Part shown: piece by piece, positions 51,701 through 63,700 of the stretch
Numbering within the stretch: the first letter of the stretch is position 1
How the letters are laid out: every line of letters starts with the position of its first letter
Assembly (NCBI RefSeq): GCF_964355755.1
Contig: NC_092673.1
Span: forward strand, 16,464,948-16,528,947
Length of the DNA: 64,000 bases
Direction: 5' to 3'
Source of the DNA: Antedon mediterranea
Lineage: Eukaryota; Animalia; Echinodermata
The notes under the pieces: generated by a model
Told to the model about the DNA's origin: nothing
Database searches by the model: none
The model's input: the letters and a program-made list of their open reading frames with translations, nothing else
Translations under genes and position numbers: made by a program

Positions 51701-54700
51701 AGGACTAAAACAATGATGCTTGTTATGCCGTTTGTGGAATGACCAAAAAACTTGTTCCCACTACAGGTGCTTATACAGTTACTGAAGCTATCCCATTTGA
51801 TACAGAGCAGCAATTAGATAATGATGTAATCAAGAATGTTGTTGAGGAAAATAAGGAGACTTTGGAAGAAACATTCAACATCTGGGACCATGGGGGACAA
51901 TTAATCTACCATGGTCTACATCGGGTAAGTAGGTTTCTGTATAGACTAACATGATTGTATGGCCAAGGTATAGTTTGCTTTTTTCTTTTTTTTTCCCATT
52001 AAGCAATCGCAAACATCTTTCCATGGTACTGCATAGTAATATATATAACAATTTAATATTAAATTCTTGTCATTTGATTGGAGGATTGTGGGTCACATGA
52101 TATTCAATAGACATACTATTAAACTTTTAAGTCAGATTGCACATTCTTATGTTACACAGTGAGCAACCGAAACATGGGACGCAAGAATAGACTACCTACC
52201 TTGTCATCTGCCAAGGTAGTAAGAATAGACTGCGTGTTAAAAAATCAATCTGTATTGTCGCGTCTATAATTGTTCTACTTCTCTAATAGTTTAGGCCTTG
52301 GCCTAGCCTCTCGTTAAAAGAATAACACACCTACTTTTAACAAGAGGCTAGGCCATTGAAAAAGTAGCACTCTAATTTTAGACAGGGAGTAAAACAATTA
52401 GACACGGCACACACTACAGGTTAAGGAAATGTGATCAGTCAACAACAGCCTCTTCACTGTGTAAAATATGCGCAAAACAAAATTGCAGTATTCGCACACA
52501 TATAACGTTGCACTCTTGATGACATCATTAGGAGAGCATTTATTTATATCATGCAACCCATAATCCTCCAATCAAATAAAAGAATATACTTAGGTGTGTT
52601 ATAATATACAAATAATGAATGTTTACGAGTGCACTGGGGCAAATAATTTCATGTGATAAAAGTAGAACATTTCATCTATCACTACGCCAACTTGGTAATA
52701 ATATAGACAATACTCACACAGATAATACAACTGAATAACCGATACTTGAGGTATAACAATAATGTAACTTTATTAACAAAGCAAACAGTAAACATTCGTA
52801 TGTAAAACAACAACAACGAGGGGGCTCATATGGAGCGCCGTACGTGACATAACAGCCAAACTGGCGTGACTACCTTTTTTTTTTTTTTTCCTTTTCTCAA
52901 AAAAAAACAAAGTCAACAACAAAAACGGCAAATCGGGACAAACTGTGAATCAAATATAAAAAATTGAAAAACGAGCTTTCATCGGGTAGACTGCCCTCCA
53001 GCTTGGGGATTATTCTGCCCCACAATACTTATCAGGAATCACTTGTCAAGTACAAAATCGTTAAGATGAGTGGGTAAGCGATGACTGCGAGTAGATCGTC
53101 TGGGTTCTATCACTGGTGGTGGAATAACGACTTTATGAAGGTCGGTGAGAGGGCGGACATCATCAGAAGCAGCAGGAGTTAAGAACTCTGAGTCGGTACC
53201 AGCAGGCAATGGATCAACCTGGTAAGCGTGATCGGCTGGGGTTGACAGCTCAATAGGTATTTCTGTACGCGGTGGCTCAGGAATTTGATAATCATCATCG
53301 CTGTTCGAGTCCTCTTGGTAATAATGTTGCGATCGAGGAGATGGTGACGAGGGAACCTTGTAGCATTCCGTACGCTTGACTTTGTACGCCGTACTACGTA
53401 ACTGAGAACCGATAAATTTGCGGATATTGCACCAAGTGTTATCAACCGACGTTACGAGATAGCGATGACGGGCCTTTGACTTGTTGCGATCGGCTAAGAC
53501 GTACACAAGATCACCAACATCAATATCGGAGCTTGCTGGAAAACGGCCCGTTGGAGCCTTTGATCTTTCACTATGTGCATGATTGGCTAAACGACGTTTG
53601 TGCTGTGAGATAATTAATTGACTGTCAGACAGAGGAATTTGGTCGTTAGTAAACTGGTCGCGTTGTGTCCACATCTCCCTAGAAGAGAGACCACATGAGC
53701 GTAGTCGAGAGTTTAAGCAAGCCATAGTAATTTTGAGCATAGTTGGGGTGACTAATCCACCAGTGGGTTCTTGTGTAAGAAGTTCGTCTTCTACTTCACG
53801 TACGGCCTTTTCGGCGATTGGATTCTTATTTGGGTTTTTGGTTCTTCCTAGCTCAATCATTATTCTGTGGTGCGCTAACAACTTATCGCTGACCAACGAA
53901 GCAAATCCAGGAGCAGGGTCGGTGCGAATTACAGCGTGTGGGCCGTCAAGAGGCCTGAGCTCGATACAAAGGCGGATTAAACCGTCTCGTAGACTGTCGT
54001 GACGTTCGCTGTCGATAATGCACGCGACTGTAAATGATGTTACACACTCTCGCATCACTAGAATAAGTTGTCGTTCACGCTTAATTACATCAGCAGCGAA
54101 GGTGGTACCAACTGCATCGGGTGGGTCTCCGGTGGACTGCGGGATAACGGTATGTGGAATAGAGCGAAGGGCAGCGCAGTGGTGACATCTTGCTGAGATA
54201 CGCTCCACAGAGGCATCCATGTCGAGAGCGAAGAAATATCTACGAACGATCGTTTTAAGCTGATGGCACGAAGGGTGGTCAAAACGCAGATGAAGTGCTG
54301 TGAGAAGGCCCTCGAGGACATCACGAGGAACAACAATACATTCGCGTACGGGTGCGAGTGGCTCATCCCTACGAACGACCAAAAGACCATCCTTGGCTAT
54401 GGTAGAAAATCGTAGAAGGCGCTTGACATCTTTAATGTTTGTGATTTTTTTGTGGGGGCGAGTACCCTGAGAAAGGTGAGCGTGAGTGCGTCGTAGGACC
54501 GGACATTCAGACTGGATGGCCAGCCAGGCAGGACGACTAGTGAAAGGTAGCTTTGTGGAGCCAGATATAACGTCTTTAATGTTCACTTGGAAAACAACAG
54601 AGTCTTCGGTTTGTTGGACAAAAGAGCAGATTTGGCAAGAAGGAGCGTCACAAGGTTGTGCGTTCCTGCTCCCGAAGTCGGACGGCATATTTGCGGAACC

Positions 54701-57700
54701 TGCGAGGTGGTGAACAGATGCGTGATAGCGGCTAACAGTGGATAAGAAGGTTGAAACCCGAGGACTCACAGAGAATTCACCTCTGCACAACTTTTCGTAG
54801 GCTTGGACACATGGCTTACTGTCTGTCAAAATGTGTGCCTGATGTGCGGATTGTATGATAAATGGACTAAAGTGTTTTGTGGATGCGGCAATTGAAAGAG
54901 CTTCGACTTCACATGGTAACCAGGTCATTTGTCGTCCGCGTAGTTTAGCGCTATAAAAACCAGCGAGTAATGGTTTGCTGTCACGGGAGACATACAAGGT
55001 GGAAGCTATGCCATATTTCTTGACGGCGCCATCAGTTACAATCCACAATTGGTCACTTGCTCGTGGGATGGCAATCGTGTGTGGTGAGTTGAGGATAGAT
55101 TGCGCACTTGCGAAACTAGCGAGCAATTCGTCAGACCAGTCTATCTTCTCTTGGGATTGTCGTCCAGCGACAGCAGCTTCAAGAGGTGACAAAATAGGTG
55201 CACATCGCGGGAGAACGCGAGATAGCATCTTAAATGCGCCAATGAACGATCGTAATCCGGTCACGGTGACTGGTCTCGGGCAGCTAGATAATGTTGAGAT
55301 GCGATGAGAGCTAGCTCGGAGTGTCCCTTGGCTCCATATCCACCCAAGAATGTTAGTAGTCTTAGGACAGATAACGGTTTTGGTAGCGGATAAATGTAGT
55401 CCTGAGTTGGATAGTGCATGAAGGATTCTTCTCCATACGTTCAAGACCTCTTCAACTGTATTACCGCCGCAGTAAAGATCATCAGCGAGTTTTGTAGCTG
55501 AACCTTCTTCTAAAAAATCACCCACTACTCTGCTTAGAAGTTCTTCCAATGCGGTTTCTGACCCCGGCATGCCCATTGCGCAACGGGTATATACCCTGAC
55601 ACCGTGAAATGGAGTGACGATTCCGCAATATTTCATAGACGGTTTTGAAAGTGGAATTTGGTAGAAAGCGTTGGTAAGATCCGTTGTTATAATGTATTTC
55701 CACTGTCCGATTTTAAGAAGAGTGGAGTCGACGTCAGGCATGAGTGACGGTTGTGGTTTGCTGTACCTGCCGACATCGGCAAAGGATGTCACTAATCTGG
55801 AACCGCCGTTGGGTTTCTTCACGAGGAATGACGGATTGAGATATTCTACAGCAACTCCAACATCTTCTGGACGGGCAAAAACTCCAAGTGTTTCGAGTTC
55901 GTCGAACTTGTGTTGTAGTTCGAGGAGCTTGTCTCTTGCATACTGAGGAAGGCGACCTTTGCGTTGTGGGGGTTGGACTGGTCCCATATTTACGGTGGCA
56001 ACAAACGGGCCTACAGCACCATTATAACCTTTAAAGGAAGGGTTGAAAATGTCATCATACTCCTTGTGGAGGCTAGTAAATTGTTCGAGTATGTTGCGAG
56101 GTAGAATGCTATCCGGATCCAGCTTAATGTTATCAGAGAAGCAAGTGTGAACTGTTGTAGTGCTAAGCTTTGGTGGTTTAATCGGGGATGATGAAGTGTC
56201 AGGTAGGTTAGGTGTAAACACAGGGCTAGCTTGGCAAAACTGTTCATTGCGTGAAAGCACTTTGGGTTCGTCTGACAGGTTAGGAATGCGAATTCGTCCG
56301 GCAACGCACGATATGATACGTGGTTCAGGCCAAACATGAGATGGCAAAGATGTTTTCGAGATTGGTGCATCAACGCGAGGTTCAATAGCAACAGTGTCTA
56401 TGTGGGTGAGGTCATTTGGGAGTGAAAGTTCAATGTAACTACCTGGCCATATCACAGTGCGTGTTGAGGGAGCACGGAGAACATGAGCGCGTCTGATCGA
56501 GTGGCATTCGGACAAAGTGGTAGGCAAAGAGCCATAGATGTATGTTGTGCCATCGGCCATAACTACTTGACGCTTAGCGGGGCGGATAGAAATATCATTC
56601 TGTTCCATAAACGGTGTACCAGCGAGTAGCTCAACGTCGAGGTCCTTAACGACGAGGCCATTGAAAGTCAAGTCTTTATTGTCACGTGTAAAGGTGACGT
56701 TTGTCTCGCCCATAACCTGTAACTGCGAAGATCCATCGGCTTGGTGTGCTGATTGACTACTGGGCTTAATCTGAACGCCAAGTAAACGTGCAGTTGATTC
56801 ACGGATCATGTTGCCAGTAGCACCGCTGTCTATAGTAATATGTACGGTATTATAGCCGTGAAAGGCTTCGAGATATGGCGACTGACGTACCTGTATTCGA
56901 AGAGCTGAGGATGAACCAGATGGTGGGTCGTTGGGATCCTCGACACGGGTGGAATCCTGTTCATAGCAGTAACTGTCGTCATCGTCGAAGATGTTTGCGG
57001 CCCGGGCACGTGCCATGTAGCGGCGGTCGCGTTCCGGAAGGAACTTGCACTCACTGAGAAAGTGGCGGTCTGGTCGTCCACCTTGTTTACAAAATGGGCA
57101 GCATTTATTTGGTTTGTTATTGTATGTCTGAGTATTGAATGTCTTAGGTGGGTAGCGGGAACGCGGTGGTTGAGAAGGAAGAGAAGCTGGTCTTTGAAAC
57201 GGTAAAATCGCTGAACGCATGACTCTTGTGTCATCGGAAGTTTTGATTTCTTCTAATAGGGAAGTCATAGCTTGTGAAATTTCAGGCTTGATGGACGCCA
57301 GTGTACGTGAGCGAAGCTCTGTGCCATACCTCTGTTTGACGAGTTGGGGAAGTGAAGGGTGAACTAAGCGTAGCCATGTCAGTGTGAGTAGGTTTTCAAG
57401 TGAAGGGGTGAGTTCTTCGTCTTCCGTAATAGGTTGATTGTGGTGAGTTATAACACTGTCTGCTTGAAGAAGATTGTCATCAATGAAAGCTAGCAAACGT
57501 TGGTATAGATCCTCTGGGCGTTCATCTGGGCCCAGACTAATGTTAGCAAACTCTAAGAAATGAGCCCCACTAGATTGGAACCCGTAATGTAATCGTATGC
57601 ATTGCCAGATGCAAGGTAGTGATGTGGATGATTTTACGATAGTGTTTCTTGAGATTACAGGGCAATAGTTAGCAATTTGACCTAACATTAGTTCCAACAT

Positions 57701-60700
57701 GGTTACTTTCTGTTGTGCAGATAAAGCATTAGCTACGTTGTCTTCAAAACCATTGTCATCAGTGAACCCTCGGAGTGGGGAAGCTCTGGTTTTCTTGCCC
57801 CACGAGAAACCTTCCACCAGGAAATTGGCGAATTTAGTGTCTAATGTTAACGTGTACATGAGGTTTTGACGCCAATTCTCAAATGTGTTTATTGTTTCGT
57901 TTTTACCTAAGCACCATTGCTTGGGGGCACGATTGGATGCAGCCATTGTTGTGGTGTTTATACAAAGTGTACTGAATGAAACGTTATTCCTCTATTGACG
58001 AACGGAGAATTACAGCGACTGCAGTATGCGCCGGTCAGTTGCTCGCCTGTGGATGTGCGATAACGGCAGTATAAGTACTATAGTTATAGGGCTAGGCCTA
58101 GGTCTGCCTCCTGTGTAGACGGTAAGTCGATATTCTTGTGGGCAGTAAAATGTGTTGCGTAGGATTTTCGTCTCCCGACGCTGCCACCACGCCAACTTGG
58201 TAATAATATAGACAATACTCACACAGATAATACAACTGAATAACCGATACTTGAGGTATAACAATAATGTAACTTTATTAACAAAGCAAACAGTAAACAT
58301 TCGTATGTAAAACAACAACAACGAGGGGGCTCATATGGAGCGCCGTACGTGACATAACAGCCAAACTGGCGCTAATACATTTTTTTTTCATTGCATGAAT
58401 ATAAAATATCCATGCCTAATGTTAAAATTGGGTGTCTAGAAAACTCAGATCTAGAAAATCAATATATTATATGAGTATTATTAAAACTGATTACTCTGTG
58501 TACATTTTCTTACTAATATTGTAACATGTAGTCAACATGTAAATCATAACGGAAATACAGTGCACGTTACCGTTAAAATGTAGGCTTAAAAATTAGGTAT
58601 GTATAAGTTGGTGTGGGTACGAGTTGGTTGAGGTACGAGTTAGCCAAGTTGGGAATAGGTATGAGTTATTTTGGGTACGAGTTGACCACTTCTAGCCTAG
58701 TAGGGCCAGGCTGACCCCCTTGTGATACATTGCGATAGCGCCCACACATTGAGCCTTGAATTGAGTTTGTAATAGCTAGACTAGGCCTAAATGCTAAGCC
58801 TATATTTTAAAAGGTGTATACTGTATTTCTTTATGATTTAAGTTGTAGGCCGCTACTACAACTTATAATATTTATTATTAGTAGTAAGAAAACGTATAAT
58901 ACTGTAGTATTTCAAACAAGCTACCCTCTGATTAATAATGGAACGATCCATTTGACAATCTGGGTTTTCTAGTTTCATTCTGGAACTAGAAAACTCAGAT
59001 CTTGATATCTGAGTTTTATAGATCTAGAAAAGTCAGATATCTGAGTTTTCTTGATCTTAGCTTTCTAGACACCAGTTAAGATTACAAATTTTCAGTAGCT
59101 TTTTGCCACAAATCAAAAAATGTGTGTATACGGCCAAACAGCGTTGAAACACCGGTTTATGTCAGATCACCGAAGTTAAGCAATGTTGGGCCCGGTTGCA
59201 TTCACGGCGGGTGCTGTATACCAGAAAGCGATGGTGTAATGATAATATCAGACTAGCATGTAATAGGCATGGGTTCAAATCTATCGGTACCATACAACTG
59301 TATCCTTAGGCAAGATGCTCTCATTGCCTCGTCCTTCGGATTGGATGTAAACTCGTCTCGTGATCTGGTAGGCGCTGCACTGCTGCCTAATCCGAATTTC
59401 CTCAGTTTTCAGTTAGGCTTGAGGACAACTATTATTATAATACCTTTACCTTTTACCTTTATGAAAGTCTTTATTCATTCATTCATTCATTCATTCAATC
59501 TTTTATTTCGGAATCTCTGGTCCATAGAAAGTAAAAATTACATATACTAGATGGTACGCTCGCTTCGCTCGCGTACCATCTAGGTCGTACCCACAGCTGA
59601 TGGTTCTCGAATACACAGTAATTTCAGCGTAACAAAACTGGCGATTTCAAATGTACGTACCGCGGGACTATAATACATAGTCGTTTACAGAAACGAATAA
59701 ATAGACACGATGATTTATGTATTCAACTAAAATTAGCACCTTGAGAATTACTTCCGAAGGAGAAACTTACCACAAAATGAGTCCAAATTTTTGAATTTGT
59801 GTTTTGTATGTAACATTAGGGTTGAGGGATGGGAAAGCGGATAGGTACAAAGAGGAACAATTTTTAAATATATTCTTTATCCACTCAGTAACGAAATATT
59901 TGTTTCATGTTTTATAGGCCTATAAATAATATACCTCTAAATACAGTAAAACATTTGTCAGTATAAAGTTTATTTGTATATCTAACAGTTGAGCCTATCC
60001 ACAATCTCAGTAATAAAGTTTATTTGTATATTTTTCAACAGTACGAACATTCACAGTAAGAAATGCTCGATTCAAATGAGGACAAAAAATAGTTAGGTAT
60101 TTAATTTACAGTATTGTCAAAGTATTGCAAGTTTATTCTCAAAGGGCCCATATATTTACCTACCGTATGTGTTAAACCAAGGGCTCATAAATTTACCTAC
60201 TTGTGTTAAACCAAACTCTGGCAGAGTGAGAGATTGGGATGTTCCATTCATCGCAAATCAATACATTTGTATAATCGTATATTAAATCTATCAAAATAGT
60301 ATTTTTTTAAGAAAATCGGCCTGTCTTCAACATTATGATGCTGTACTCTAGCTGTTCAACCGGTTTTCAGCTATTAAAAACAATTATCGTAGGAGGAGAT
60401 CGGAAAATGCGAAGCCTCCTCGCATTTTTCTGGCGGATATTTTTCAAGATGGACATCCATTAGACAGTGTATACCAAGATCGGAAAACACCCCTATTTGG
60501 GGCAAATCGTTGAACCTAAATTCGTTTTAATCGTCAATAACTAATTATCTAACTTAATTTAATTAGTAAACAGGGTTACATCAGGTGGTTAAAATCAGTA
60601 CCGAAAGTACGAACCAACTTTATATACCATCGAGTAAAAATTCTAGAAGTAAGGCGCGATTTACCGAATTTTGCCCTTACGTAAATTTATATATAGATAT

Positions 60701-63700
60701 GAAATAAAATAAACAAGACTAATTACTACTACTCATCTCAGGATGGCATTCCACCTGGAGAGCATCTTCGACTTAACTAAGACGTTGCTTTTAATCGTTG
60801 AGACTAAAACATTTTCGCTTGCATTTAGTCTACCCATCAGGCCATATATTGATTTTCTTAACAATTCATAAAAAGAAGGAATTCTACATTCCGTAAACAT
60901 AAGGCTGGCACTGCAATGTCGAGGCATTTGTTGCAACAATACAATTTAAAATAATGTTTGTTCATATGTTGTCAGAATATTAATCTGTCAATATTTGAAT
61001 ATTTTTGCAGATGTTCATAACACTACAAGCACTATACATTGTTGTGTTTGATCTCAGTAAACCATTGGATGATCTTGCTACTTTCATTGATTCTACTGGA
61101 GTAAGTATTTCTAGAGCATGGCAGCAGTAAGGCATTGTGATTGAACAAGTCTTCTAATTTATAAGAACATGCATTTTATGCATTAAAATTTTAATACCTT
61201 CCAAATAAGATGTACAGTAGTAATGAATGCTTTCAAAAACTAACCATTTCAAGTTTAACTGTGGTTAAGTGTTCTCATAATGTTTTTTTTTTTACAGGAA
61301 ACGTGTAAACATCATTGGACCAATCTGCAGTTCATATTATCTTACATCCTGTCAGTTTATTCTCATAGTCGTATTGTGGAAGAAGATGAAGAGAATGAAG
61401 TTCATAAACCAACTATCCTTATTGTGGGTACACATAAGGGTAAACTTGGTGAGACTGAAGAACAACAAAATGTTGAGGTTAATGCTTCTTTTTTTTTTCT
61501 ACATTATTAAAGATAGCGATAACCAAAGATACGTTGCTGCTCTAAAAGTAAATTTAACAAAAATTAGAGTACATATTTATAACTTAAGCCATCACATAAA
61601 AAGTTTAAATTTAAATCTTACTTAAAATAAATTACAGAATTTACACATTCGTATATAGATGTAAATCTTTATTTACAAACAGGCAGAAAAGATGTTTAAA
61701 AAGATTCAAGATGTGCTTAAAACAAAACCATATGGAAAACATGTGTACCAATATTTTGCCATTGAAAACAGCCAAGAAACGACAGATAAGAGCTTTAGTG
61801 ATCTCAAACAAGTTATTGATGACCTTATGAAAGCTTTAGAAAAGGAAATTCCTTTAAAGTGGATGCGTTTTCGATGTGGACTAGATGATCTAAGGAGAGA
61901 AAAACAGCCCTCTTTTTCTTTGTGTTCTTTAGAAGAGGTAAAGGTTATTTTTTTTTTTTATTTATTTATTTATTCGGTATATAAAAATATATTACAAAAC
62001 GACAGTCAAGGACTGAAATGAAATGTATTACAAATGACTAAAAATTAGTTAAAATTGCTATAAAAATAGAAACATCTTAATAAAATTAGATATTGTACCA
62101 TACAATTAAAAACATTCTTCAAAACATTTTAGGAAATAATATTGTATAGAATATTTATCAAGTATCTATTAAAAAGAAAGTCTAAATATAATTTTCAAAA
62201 TGATCTTTATACTGGAATTTGTCATAACCATTTAAATAACAATATTCAAGATCATAATTTCATCTTTTATATATGTTGCCATTGTTTTATTTATAATTAT
62301 TACTAAATACTGACCTAATAATTGACAAAATTCCTGATAATTGCTTAGTTTTTTTTCGTGCCACTATCGAATAACATTGTTTTTAAAACATGCACAAAAA
62401 TAATAGAAAAAAGTATACTTTGTATAATTATTTATTATTACATCAATTAATATGAATTTATATATGTAACATTTATTTATATTCTCTACACTGAATTACC
62501 AAAAAGTGTTATTTACTAAAACAATTGATGCTGTTAAAGACCAAAATAATGTTGGTAATAAATACATACATACATATTACAAAAACTGAATAGGATTTCA
62601 TTAAAAAAAATCTGATTAACACTAATTTTTAAAGCTCAAAACCCTGGCAAGTAATAATGGTATTGTTGACAAAAAACCCAAATCAGTCCTGCTTATAAAC
62701 TTGCACGATCATGGTGAAATTGTTTACATGCCTGACAACGAATTACTAAGCAATAAAGCAGTGTTAGATCCAATGAGACTGGTTGAAATTGTTACGACAT
62801 TTGTAACTGTGGTTCCCCCAAAAAAACATGTAAGTAGACTCATGTAATGTCTTGCATTTGAAAAACGTGTTGCAGTAACATAATTACTCCTGTTCTGTGC
62901 TAAATTTCTTGCTGTTCTATATATAAGTATGCTGGAAGACATCATTTGCAATTGACTAAAGTTTTAATTATCTTACTTTCATTGTATTATAATTGAAAAA
63001 GTGAAAAGCACAGCAACAAACTACTGTAATTTCACAACTGCATTATACACATAACATTCATATTATTTATTTATTCATATTATAAAAGTTTACTATATTT
63101 GTTGACTATTTCCAACATCCTTCCTGCCTCCCTCTTGATTCCCTCCTGCCACTCTGTAATAACAACACAAAATATCAATTTTTTTTTAGTTCGGTATGTT
63201 TAATGAATCTTTTGATAAGCTTGACAAAGGCATACTGGAAGAAAGGTTGTTGCGAAAATTATGGAAAAAGCGTAAAATTGACGACGGAAAGAATTTTGAG
63301 TTTCTTGTAGCACTGATGATCCAATTGGGTTTCATTTGTGAAAGGAAGACAACCAGCAGCCAAAATATGGCAAGTACATCTACAGTAGGTTTTGTTCAGT
63401 TATCATTTCTAACATGTTATATTTTGCATGCAAGCATATGTGAAAAAAAGATTTTTTATATGATACCTAATTGGTGAAATTTAAAAAAAAAGATGTTTCT
63501 AATATACAGGAAATAATCTTTAGTTTTCTTTTTAAAATTAATCTAAATAGCATTTTACAAATCAAATTTCAGGAATCAGTTGTGAAGCGATCTTTTTTTG
63601 TGCCACTACGCCTTGCTTTCAAGACATCAAGTGAAGTGAAACCAGTGCCTGATGAATTTCCAGCTATCAGTATCTATTACGACTTTAAGGGATATCTTCC

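Noticed and set aside
53179-57234. Short ORFs overlapping the Gag-Pol ORF
   Set aside because: Alternative-frame or antisense shadows of a long coding region.
59126-59221. Functional 5S rRNA gene
   Set aside because: Internal deletion around box C, several substitutions, no oligo-T terminator, and it continues into a SINE body.
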